Source: the human T2T-CHM13v2.0 reference genome, Homo sapiens
Length of the DNA: 64,000 bases
Strand: one strand, 5' to 3'
NCBI RefSeq assembly: GCF_009914755.1
Contig: NC_060934.1
Both the position numbers and the translations under genes were made by a program. The notes under the pieces were generated by a model that saw only the letters and a program-made list of their open reading frames with translations, ran no database searches and was not told the origin of the DNA. This document shows, one piece after another, positions 27,697 to 42,387 of this stretch. Numbering within the stretch: the first letter of the stretch is position 1; each line of letters starts with the position of its first letter.

Positions 27697-29013
27697 GTCA
27701 GTCATTATTTATTTTCCCAAGTATCTTTGTTTTGATTGTGTGTATGATGACTTCTAGAATGAAATCACTTATTGACCTATGAGTATGCTTTCACTGAGCA
27801 TTTATTCAAGTCTCATAGCTTGTCCTTGCTACTAAGAAAAATGTCATCTCATTTCTTATTTAGTGCAGCTAGTAAACACGGGATAGCAGAAATAGAGAAA
27901 ATCATACTTGCAGAAAAATGTACAATAGCTGTCTAACAGTTTTAGCAATAAAACCCAATCGATATATAGATTCCTAGGAATTTTTGTAGTCACAGCTCCC
28001 TTAAGGTCAGCAACAAGTCTGTATTTAACATGATTTCATTTTGAATCTGTTGTTATCTTTATTTGTGGCACTTAAAAGTAAATAACAGCATCTGAAATAT
28101 CTCTGGCTGTTTTTGACTCATCCTGGTCATGCTGAAGTCTGTTCTTACAGAATATATGTTTTTTTCAACATGTTAATTTATTCATTAACTTATTGTTTGG
28201 GTTTTACCTGAACTGAGACAGAACTGAGATGTCTACTGAACAATCATGACCATGGATTTTGGTCAAACTGATTAGCCATATCCTATTATGTACTGGCATA
28301 AAGAAAAGAGGCCCCAGGCATGATTCTTCCTAACAGTGCTCTCATATTACTGGGGCACAGCTAACTCAAAGTGTCAGAAAATTAAAATGTTTCTATACAT
28401 TTGTGTCTTTTTCAAATCAAGACATGGTCCATGTTTGATGCTAGTTGGCTTAATTTTATGTTAGAGAACATCTGATTTAGTCAGTAATTTCTAGGCACGT
28501 GTCAGTTAATAAAGAATCTATAGTTTTTACTAGGCACTTTGTATCATAAATTCAATGTACTGCCCATGGTCCAATAAATTATTAAGTTTAAATGCTGAGC
28601 ATTTTTGTTTTTTACACTGAAAGGGCAATTGTTGTGTGTATTAAATTTCAGGGTATTGATTTTTTTTTTCTGTTTCCCCTACATCTGAGTTAGTGTTCAT
28701 TTAACCAAGAATTTTCTAAGCTGAATAAACCTTTCATAATCAGTGCATTAAAGAATATATCTCCTTATTTTGTCTTGCTGGTTAGATGATGGTAGCTGGA
28801 AGCAGAAGTATTTTAATGTGTCCAGGCACAGAAGGTCAAAAAGCAAGAGATTGAATGTTAATTCAATGATATTCTGGGTTTGTTTTCATCTATGTTTCCT
28901 ATTTGAAGAAGCATAGAAATTGTAGGTATTTCTTATTCCAATTACTCCAAGAAGGAAAAAAACATGAAAGTATAAAGCCAGAGGGACTTAATGTAATATT
29001 TTATTAACTACAG

Positions 29014-29222
29014 CAGGGGTCAGCAAACTGTGGTCTGTAGGCCAACTGCCTGATTTTGTAAAGTTTTATTGGAACACAGCCACATTCATTTGTTTACATA
29101 TTGTCTATGGCTTCCTTCCAGCTATAACAGCGTAGTTAAGTAACTGCAACACTGACATTGTGGCCCACAAAGCCTAAAATATTTACCATCTGGTCCTTTA
29201 AGAGAAAGCTGGGGAACACTTG
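29014..29222. mobile_element. MER58A-like hAT-Charlie element
   Basis: caggggtcagcaaact...aaagttttattggaacacagccac...ggcccacaaagcctaaaatatttaccatctggtcc. Confidence 0.82.
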
Positions 29223-30342
29223 AGCTGAAGAATCTCTATTATAGAATTTCTGAAAACATATCTTTAGAACTGTGATAAATGATGGCCTAAGGTTTTCTAA
29301 GACCTGGATGTACCTTCCAAATCAAAACAGGACAATTTAAATTATCTTCAATATCATTTAATGAAAAGTTTTACCTGTTTATGGCATGTTGAAATTTGGT
29401 CATCTGCTTTTTTCAGTGTAGGATATTTTCTAATACTCAGATGTGATTTAACAAGAATCCCCCATAAGTAACTTCATGAGATTTAATTTATTGTAAGCAT
29501 GTTGAAGATTCATTTAGCAACTTTCACAGGTGATATATCAACATGCATTATTACTAACCATACCTGCCAATTGTCTTATTTGGTAAGCCCAGTACTTTAT
29601 ATCTATAGTTATAGTGAATGCTTACAACAGTTCTGCAAGATACAGTATTGTCAACCCTCTGTGCCCACAGCTAGTAATGGCAGAGTCAGGATCGAACCCA
29701 AGTCTCTTTGGCTTCAGAATCTGTTGTCTTTCTCTTCTTACACACTATCTTTAAAGGAAGGTGGGGGATCCTTGGGCAGTTTCCCTTCATGCTTTGTTCC
29801 TGATGCCAGACAGTGCAGTTTTATAGTTCCTGCAAATACTTCTTTTGTGTCCCTTTCAGTGATAGTTTGCTGAGTTGAGCCAAGTGAACTGTAGATCTGA
29901 TTGTGTCTGGGAATTCTTCTTTCAATCCTTTCAATCCTGTGTTGAACACAAAGGAAGATGCCATCTGTTTTATTATTTAGTTTCTTCTTATAAAGATAAA
30001 GATACACTTAACCAATTTAAAATCCCAACCTAAGAAATATTTTTCTCTTCTCTGAACAGATAATGCTCTTCCTTTTATCAGTTCACAAAAATGGTACAAT
30101 CTTTGTGTTTCCTTTCTTGCTATAGTTGCCGGGTTGCTCAGAGCTAAGTCTTCTGCTAGAATCATCATTTCCATTTCACCACCTTTCTTAATTCTTGTTT
30201 CTTAGGTTTGTGCTACCACCTTTCTTTTCTGGAAGTAGGCAGAGCATAATTAATAAATAAGTGTGACAACAAGTTGATCCTACAGTGGGAAAGAAAATAA
30301 GTAATTAATACATTGGTTATAGATTGACCTTTCTACCCACAG

Positions 30343-30442
30343 ATCGATCTTCAGACATTCCTCACTCTCACAGATCAGGATCTGAAGGAGCTGGGAATAA
30401 CTACTTTTGGTGCCAGGAGGAAAATGCTGCTTGCAATTTCAG
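30343..30442 (+). CDS. BICC1: BICC1 coding exon 20 (100 nt, phase 0-1), SAM domain core
   Basis: cccacag|ATC...TCAG|gtgaat; [33 protein letters not shown], typical SAM pattern; not in ORF track. Confidence 0.97.
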
Positions 30443-33199
30443 GTGAATATAAATATTCAACTCATATGTTAAAATCTGAATAACCTCTGCCAGTGGTCTC
30501 AGCCATTGGGTTGTTTCTACCCATTAACTGCTGGCTTACTAACCTAACACCTTGGTTGTGGTTTCAGAGGGTTTTCCTGTCAACAGTGTGACAGATCCTG
30601 AGACTGTCTTACTTTTTCATCAAGGCATTGCCTGAAAACCTGCCTTAACAAGGGTCATATATGAAAATAGATCTCTTCAGAAAGATCTAACCAAAATCGC
30701 CCTATGCAGAACATGAGAAGTTGGGGAGAAAGTTTAATTCTCCTCTTTGCAGTTGTGTTAAACAGTAATCATTACATTAGTGAATAATTATTCTTGATTG
30801 GCAGTTATGTTTCAAATGTTTGTGTCCTTGCACACCGACTGAGTTCATCGCACTGAGAAGAAAAGAATGCTGGTTGAATCTGGCAGTGTTACTTGTCTTA
30901 ATTCTTCTTAGTCTTCCCACTGTTTTAATAGAATTTATGAGTCACAGGACATAGTATCCTGAAGATAGTCACAGAATGAAGGAAAATAATGTCTGTCTCC
31001 CTAGGCCACTTTCTTTGTGCATCTGTTGCATATATATTTTAGAAAATGCTCTATACGTATTTATTGGGTGCCACTCATTTGAAAGGAATTGAGCCAGATG
31101 ATGAGTCAGGAGTTGGCAAATACATAGTAATGAACCTCAAAAAAGCGTTTAGAAAAATATGCGGAAATTTTAAGGAGGGAATGGGATTAGTTTTTGAAGA
31201 CTTGCCAATAAAGTTCTTGAATGTCAAGTTTATATGTGTCCCAGTCTCAGAAAGACAGACACACCAGGGGCAGAAGCCAAGTGTCATGTGCTGCGGAAAA
31301 ATGAATGCTTTTTCAGAACACTGAATTTGCAGGCTATGCCTCAGTGAAGCCAGCAGTTACATCCAACTGGTGAAAGTCCATTCCAGACAACATTCACTAA
31401 TCAGATCAGCAGATAAAATTTAAAACCTCAGTGGTTTTCCATTTTATTTTAGCGGCATGTTGAATGCCCCACCCATCTTCCCATAGGAAATCTTTATCTG
31501 AAGCAGATACAGGCAAAGCAGCTTTGAAATAGGAGTGGAAATCCAGCCATTGAGCTTCCTGGTGGCAGCCTATTAGGTTCTTCTGTGGATAGAGTTCTAC
31601 ACTCATCAGTTTTCCCAGAACTTCTTCTAAAATTTCTTCTCGGATATACTGTGTGTACCCAAGAGGCTCTATTAATGGAACTCCACAGGGAAAATGCATA
31701 ATTCCTGCTCATAAGATCATCTTGGTATAGTGGAAAGAACACTGGATTCAATTAGGAGATCTGGGCTTTACTTATGCTAAGTCATGAGTCCTTGAGTGAG
31801 TTTCCAAACCTCTCTTGGCTTTGGTTTATTAATCATGAAGGTAGATTGGAATTTGTGATTGTACAAAGGTCACCTTCCATTTCTAAGATCTGTCCTTTCA
31901 TGTGATATCATCAGGCTTAGTGAAAATGGACAAAACGATAGTTTTATTACTTGTTCTTTTTTACCATCTATGATAATAGAGTAATTTTTAAAATTTGTTT
32001 TCTGTAAAGCTCATCCTCAGGGGGCTATCCCTAGACTCAAGCTAACTTTAAAAGTTTTCATATTATTTTATTAATTTGCAAATGAAATTTATTTGCAGTT
32101 TGAAATGTGATTAACTTATGCATTCACCATACCTGTACTGTTGAAATATGCCTGCAGGCCAGCAATTTTCTATCAGTGAAGTGTGTAGTCCAGAGCTCCA
32201 TAATCTTTCACTAGAGATTCATGGAATAGCAGTGAGGATATAGTGAAAACTAAGTTCATTTTTTGGTGTCCCAACCCAATTCTGAATTCTGTAAAGATTT
32301 TAGCAACAAGCAGATAGCTGTAAATACATTCACAGGTTGTAGATAGATCATCAATACCTTTCCTCTGGAATATATCAGTATCTTTTGGGGGAGGTAAGAT
32401 GGGAATCAGAAAGGTTTCAAGCTCTCTATTTTAAAAAAATAATATTTTTTCTAATCATCTTCTTTGTCATTCTGTTGAGGTTATATAGTACTTTTGCAGA
32501 CTTCCTCTCTCAGTGGGGTTCACCAGGTCCTCTTGCTTTTAAAGGGAGTTTGAGACTGACTAAAATACTTTATGGCTGCTCTGCACAGCATAAAGGACTT
32601 GATTATTTTAAGAATAATTTTGTCTTACTTTGTTGAGTGCATTTGTTTGAACCTGGTAAATTATTTTCTCTGAAAGCAATACATTTTTATTGAGAAAATT
32701 CTTCATCAAAAAGCTTCTTTCTCCAGTTCAACTTATCTCATAACAAAGACATCCATTTATAGTCCCAGAACATTCTGTCTCCCTATGGATGCAGTATAGC
32801 TGGGCAGTCTGAACTCACATTTGTCTTATGGTTATAGATTGGTTAGGTCCAGAGTTTGCTTAAAATTCCTTTTTAAATTTTGTAGATTTTAAACTTATAA
32901 TCTGAGTGATTCTTTCAGTATAAGGTTTTGTTTTATTTTTAATCTCAGGCCAAAATACATTTAATGTTATAGCAGTAGATGAAATTTATCTCCAATGGAG
33001 ATGGATCAAAGTATAAATTTGATCTCTTTTTCCCCAAATCCACTTTTTTTTTTTTTGGAAAATTCACAGATTTTTCTCAGAATATTTTCATGATTGGTCA
33101 AATGTACAGGGACTCAGTGAAAGGACGCTTAGCATCCTGTTGACAGGCTTCCCACCACGGCCTCAGGTAGATCTAACATTTCCCGACCTATTCTTTTAG

Positions 33200-33278
33200 T
33201 TTGTGACTCTGTTCAGATCCGCAACAAGATCCTGAGAGCTGCCAGGATTGTGTGAACCTTGGAATTTCAAAGAAAAAG
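33200..33278 (+). CDS. BICC1: Putative BICC1 alternative cassette exon (79 nt; coding 33200-33255) giving C-terminus VCDSVQIRNKILRAARIV*
   Basis: Branch point tCTAAC (33172-33177), ttcttttag acceptor, in phase with exon 20, stop TGA 33253-33255, donor AAG|gttggt identical to the exon 9 donor; peptide matches my recollection of the mouse Bicc1 short isoform tail. Confidence 0.75.
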
Positions 33279-35225
33279 GTTGGTATTTTCCCAAACCATC
33301 CCGTAGGCTTACTGAAAAATATTAGAGGAGTTTGCCTTATCATTTAAACAACAACAACAGCAATTCTAAAGTCTCTTCAGTAGGACTTGACCTTGATAAC
33401 CTCTCTGGAAGATTTATCTCTGTGCATCACATTTAAAAACATATGTATGTACTCTCTTAGAAACTGTATCGATTAGGGTTGGATTCCCTTGTGATCATTT
33501 TACTGTTTCAAAGATCTAGCTGATGTGTCTTTTCAGAATAAAGTTTTTAATATTTATTTTGAAAAACTTTGTCTTCATGGCCCAGTTGTTGTCATGTGCT
33601 CAGTTATACATGTTATATATGCTAAAGGAGAATGTTGTTTGGCCTCATTCCTTTTTTTTCTTTGCTGTAAAGTGGGAATGTCTTCCTGAATTGTATGTTA
33701 TTCCCCCGTGAGAAAATGGAGGCCGAAGATAGTCCCTAGCTTGAAGATGATAAAACTTTTCCAGGCTGTGTACTTAAGGGGATTCATTTATTCTTAACGC
33801 TTCTATAAGTTTGCCTTTAAATATATTCAATTCTGTCTTGATTTCTGAATTTTGAAGTGCTGTGTTTGTTTTTAACAAGATACATGTATTCAGCTTTTAA
33901 TAACTGTGTTTCTGGAGGAACTTGAAACAACAGCCATCTGTATGCATGCCTGCATGTGTCTTTTGCTTGTAAAGATACCTTCCTTGCTTCTTCAGAGTGA
34001 AGCTGGGTTTTTCTATTTAAAAATTAAATTTGGCATGTTAAAATAACAAATAAAGCTCTGTTATCTGGCATACTTGGAACTATCGATTTCTCAGATTTGT
34101 ATTCCTGATGCCTTGGTTGGTCTTCTCTGTCCAGTGGGTCACTGAAGGCCAGTGCTCAGGGCATTGACCTTTCCATCAAGCATGTGAGGTTTCACCTCTG
34201 TCACTTAGTACCTGTGTGGGCAAGTGACTTAGTCTATTTTTTCAATCAGTTTTTTCACCTATAAAATGGAGAATGGTAATATTATCTATCCCTTAAAGAA
34301 GACTTGAATAGGGCAAAATAAATGTAAAGTGCTTGTCATACAATAAGGCTAATGAATCATTGTTATTTTTCTTCTCTCCTAAGACCTATATATGAACAAA
34401 AGAGAGATGTCTCCAGTGTTGCTTTGACCATATAGGGGCAGGCGTTTACATTTTGGAAGGCAGTGGGGTAAAATGTGAAGGGTATTGGTCATCCTCCAGA
34501 ACTTGGCCATAGGAGTGTGTCTGGTCATATGGTCATCCTTAACACCATGCAGTCTGTTACAACCTGAATCTGTGTCGTCAGCATTACTGTAGATGGCCAT
34601 ATCTTACATTGTAACTTCACAATTCAAAAGGGGATTGATTGTGTGTGTGTGGTTTAAAAAGTACTGAGTACCATGCAAATATAAGGTGAATCACTGCTCT
34701 AGCCCCTCAAAGAGACAACTTTAAGCAAATCAGTTACATAATCCCTCTAATCTATTTTAAACTGAATAAATTTGAGGGTATTTGCATTTGTTTGGTATCA
34801 AAACCCTAATTTCCATAGTCTGATGATTCTGTGTACTTGCATGAGTTTGTCAGAATGAGTTACATCAGTGATTTTGAGGTGGGGGCGGAGGTTGATGCAT
34901 ACTCATAAAACAACGTAATCTGTTTCAATTAACTTTTTACCTTTCCAGTTAATAATTTTAGTTGGCAAAAGACAAACCAAAACAGTGTTTTCAGAGTACT
35001 CTAATTTCTTTACCATTCAAATAGGGCACCTCAGGTTTTCCCTGAAATTTTAGATTCAAGTATTTGTTGTTTGTGAGTATTAATTTTCTAAGCTGATATG
35101 ATTTTTTTACTAGATTAATTTTTTATTCAAAGAAACCTACTCATATGCCTCTTTCTAAAACTATTTCTGACTCAAGAAGTATAGGGTTCATGAGTTGGCA
35201 GAGCCATGGGGGCTGTGGCTTAATA

Positions 35226-38225
<3,000 letters not shown>

Positions 38226-38767
38226 TTCTTCAGGGTGCTCCTCCAATATCCCTGTGCTTAGGTATGGGGTCTTCTTTTTCATATCTGACTTTAATAAAAC
38301 TAAATGATTGCCATGTTTGACATGAATGAGTTCAGTAGCTGTAATAATTTTCTGTGCCATCAGTCATACGTCCTTTCACGAGCTTAGCTTGTTCTCCTTG
38401 CCTCTGAAATGACCTTTGGAGTAGGTCAAACTATTTAATTTGGTTAGAGCGTTCTGAGAATGGTATATCCTCCAATACAGTTTACAAACTATAATAGAAA
38501 CTGTTTGCTGTCAGGAGTTTATGAGTTGCAACAAAAACTATTTGCTGTCCTTTGTTCTCTAGACTATCAATATGCTATCTTTAATACCATACTTTCTAGT
38601 ATTTCAGAAATGCCTTGACCATCAACTAAAAGTTTTCCTTTTGATACCAGACTTGACTTTCCTCAAAAAACCTACCACGTCACCATTTTCTGAGCTCTAG
38701 TGCCATGTCCTGTAGTATACATAGAACTTCTCTTGAGCTCCTAACAATTCTCTCTTTCTCTCTCTAG

Positions 38768-38898
38768 AACTAAATAAAAACCGAAGAAAGCTTTTTGAAC
38801 CGCCAAATGCACGCACCTCTTTCCTGGAAGGTGGAGCGAGTGGAAGGCTACCCCGTCAGTATCACTCAGACATTGCTAGTGTCAGTGGCCGCTGGTAG
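38768..38898 (+). CDS. BICC1: BICC1 terminal exon 21, coding part
   Basis: long CT tract then ctctag|AA; ELNKNRRKLFEPPNARTSFLEGGASGRLPRQYHSDIASVSGRW, TAG at 38896-38898. Confidence 0.97.
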
Positions 38899-39194
38899 CA
38901 GCACCCTCTTGGCACATGCCCGCTGACTAACTGTAAAGTGGACACAGGAGATGTATGAACAGCCTTCACAGCACACCATCCTTAGCACTCTGGGTGTCTG
39001 GTATCAGGACCAAAGCATTTTATTCGCACCTGTACTTTATGGCAAAAAGGAAGAAGAGAGAGAAGATGTTCTTATGATGTCATACAGAACACCAAATATG
39101 GATTACTTTTTTAAAATGGCAGTTGGACAGAATTTGCAATATAAGGATAGGGCTTTATTTCCTGTTTTTATTTACCTATATAACATATGCACTG

Positions 39195-39198
<4 letters not shown>

Positions 39199-39229
<31 letters not shown>
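39199..39229 (+). repeat. T31 homopolymer in the 3'UTR
   Basis: direct reading. Confidence 0.97.
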
Positions 39230-39233
<4 letters not shown>

Positions 39234-41405
39234 AAAATGAAGGATGAATTGACATCTGGGATGCCAGAAGACTTAGAAGTTATTTTGTTTGCTTGTTTTG
39301 TTTGGGTATTTGGGGATTTTTAAAAAATAATCAAAGTGGAATTTTCTGGTACTGCTTTAAAATAATTATTGTGGTCTTTCAGCACTTTACACGTTCTAAT
39401 TTCTTGTCCTATGGAAGTTCTCGCTGTCTCCATCTCTCTCATTTTTGTGTCACCTAATATGTTGGTACAGATAAGAGTTAGTCACATTTTTCTGACTGCA
39501 TCAAACTTTTATTTGAAATGGTACTGGATCTTAGTTTCTGTGCAGAATATTCTGTGATTTTGGGAAATGTAAGTGAGTCCACTTGCTTCTGGACCAATTC
39601 TGTTTCATGTATGTTAGCATCCTAGAAACACCTAGCAATGGACCTAGTTCACAGTAATAGGTGCAAAGAAAGACCAAATGGACTTTGCAGTATTAACCCT
39701 TTGCAGTCGTCATACTTAGCTGCTGCCTGTAATGCTAAAATGATTTTAATGGTTGTCTGGAGGCAAAGGGCTGTTTTTTAGTATATTGCCACTAAAGGAC
39801 ATTTATTTATATCAAACTTTTATTTTTAGATATTATAAGCATACAGTACATAATTGATGAAATTGATATTTACTAGAGATTTATGGTAGAGAATGGACGA
39901 CATTCAATAACTGGAGCCCGAGATTGTCACTTTATTTAAAAAGACAAATAATCATCTGACAAGACAGCACTGTTGCCATTATAAGGAGAAATAGATTACA
40001 ATCCTTATCATGTACACGTTAGCTATGTTCCGTATGGCCACAGGACTTTCCTGAAACCGTATCTGTCTGCTTGAAGTAGACTTATGTTTGTTGAGAATGA
40101 ACAGGCTTATTTGAGCCTCCAGGGTGGCAGTTCATAAAGACAGCTAAGTTCTGAAGGAAAAAAAAAATATATCTTTTTAAGTGGCTAGAGTCATTATTAC
40201 AATCTTATACTGTGAAAGTCCAAGAAATCAGGCAACATTGTTTCCTGGGTCTTTTCAGAGATCTTATAGATTTATGAAGTGTTTTTAATCCATGAAGAAA
40301 CACTAAAGTGCCTTTCTTTCTTCAAAGCAATATTATTTCCAAGTATATTAATTTGTTAGAAAACTTTCCCATAGGAAATGTTGTCAAGTTACCTGTACTG
40401 TAAAGAGTTATTTATGTTCAGTAGTCAAGATTTTCTACATGGACATAAATCACTCTCACGTGCTCTCAGCAGAAGGCATTAGATAAGCATATACAAGAAT
40501 TGGGTACTTTTATACAAATATGGGATAAGAAATACTTGCCTGACACTTTTCCATGGCTGAGTCTGACCATTACAGTAAGAACAAGAATTGAAGAGGCATT
40601 TTGCACACAGAAACATTCTCACTTTAAAAAATGGTATTGGTTACCTTGAAGGCATAGATAATGGGCCTGTCATAAAATTATCAATTATAACTGGCACCGA
40701 GGGACTGCCCTTTTTAAGCTAAACTAAGCCTTATCTGCTTAAGGATGTTGAACTGAATCACTCCCTTTACTCATCCTGTGCATATGTGTACAAATGGTCA
40801 TGTGGATCATGTGATGATCATCCATCTTATTTGATTGTATTAATGCATCATGCTAAACATGTAGTACAGGTTAACAATACCAGATTTATGTCCTGTTCAA
40901 CAACTCAGTACTCTAAATGTTGTTATGCTTTTAATAAGACCTTCCCAGATAATAATCTTGGAGCTCTTTTCCCAGCTGTCTACCATGCATTTGCAACAGG
41001 AGGAAGATGTAATGAATATGCAGTATTAAGTTGATTTATGAACAGTGCTTTGATATGCCAAAGGGAAAACTGTCCCACTTAAATTAGATTAAGTAGGGTG
41101 GCTAAAAATAAATAAAAACACTGGAAATTCTTTCTCTCACTTTCTCTTGATGCAATGAAGGGAATATGACACTACAGTATACAGAGTTGTTGTTATATGA
41201 TGCACAAAATATTTTGATGATTTGAATAAATGTTAACTTTTAATCTGCGCCTTAATAATGACTGGTTATCTGTAAATATAGAACAGATACAGATTGTATT
41301 TTTCTGTGGGTTTTTGTCCTTTTAGTGATTTTTTTCCAAAAACGAGAGATGGAATTAACATTGAAAATGGGAAATTTTTCTAACTGAATCAATTGTTACA
41401 TGAAA

Positions 41406-41411
41406 AATAAA
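41406..41411 (+). terminator. Probable major polyadenylation signal AATAAA
   Basis: AATAAA with downstream gcgtgtctttttt and T-rich tracts; other AATAAA at 41107, 41111 and 41225. Confidence 0.7.
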
Positions 41412-42387
41412 TTTATATAACCCCTTTGTATTGCTCTTGCTATATGAAGCGTGTCTTTTTTTAAAAGAAAATCTTTATGCATAAACTCTATGCCTGTCTT
41501 TGTTTTCTAAGAAATTTTTTTTTTTTTTTTTTTTTTTGCCATTTTTGGCAAAGTTGAAAGATGTTTCTTCAGTAGAATTGAATATGCATTCTGTGTTCTC
41601 TTGTTTTGCATTGACATTCCTCATTTTCAACCAGAAACTAAAGCACTTTATTTTAGGCAGTGAATGCAGGACCAGTCATCAATCATTGTTTCTTTGGCCA
41701 CCCATAGGTACATACAAAAGAGTACCATTATAGAACAGGTTTTATTCTTGTTATTTCTTTCTTTTATAAAGACTCAAGTGTATGACCGCTTTGACAACCT
41801 CATTTATCAGCAAAGAATGACGTGATACTGGGCTTTTTGATCCAGGTTCCCCTTTCAGAGACTGCCATTGTGTTATCTATCACACTGTGTGTTTACCATG
41901 CCATGCACTGAGATGCTCACTGGACTCATGCTAAATGGAATGGACGCTCTTACTTATTCTGAGATTTTGCTAAATCTTAAAGAAAACCTAGCCCTCCACA
42001 TACTATGCCCCCAGGAATATTTCCACTTGAATTATCTATGCCAGTGGTTCTTAAACATTGTTTCTAAAACAAAAATTCTTTTGATAATTGGAATCTTACC
42101 TGTGACCCAATATTAAATTATTCATTTATTATTTATTTGGTTCATTATATACATATTAATGACACATAAATAGTGTCAGGCTCTGGTCTAGGAACAGTAG
42201 TGAATAAAACAAAACCCCTTGCCCTCCTTGAACTTGAATTCTAAACAGAGAAAGGTGGCGCTAAAGAGGGAGAGGTTGGAGGATGGAATATCCCCACCCT
42301 TCATGTGGGCCTCCATATGTTTACCACACTCCAAGGGAACTCGAGAGAGCTCTCTAGAAACCTGTTTTTAACAAAACTGTTAAAAGT

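Larger units (their letters stand above)
38899..41435 (+). other. BICC1: BICC1 3'UTR (end approximate)
   Basis: AT-rich, no recognisable transposon over 2.5 kb after the stop; ends after AATAAA 41406-41411 followed by GT/T-rich downstream element. Confidence 0.8.

Noticed and set aside
31440-31570. Other acceptor-like sites in the last intron (ttttag at ~31452, cccatag at ~31486)
   Set aside because: No clear branch point or strong paired donor; peptides unremarkable
38896-38958. Stop-codon readthrough (TAG CAG CAC, 19 further codons to TGA)
   Set aside because: Context matches neither UGA-CUAG nor UAG-CARYYA
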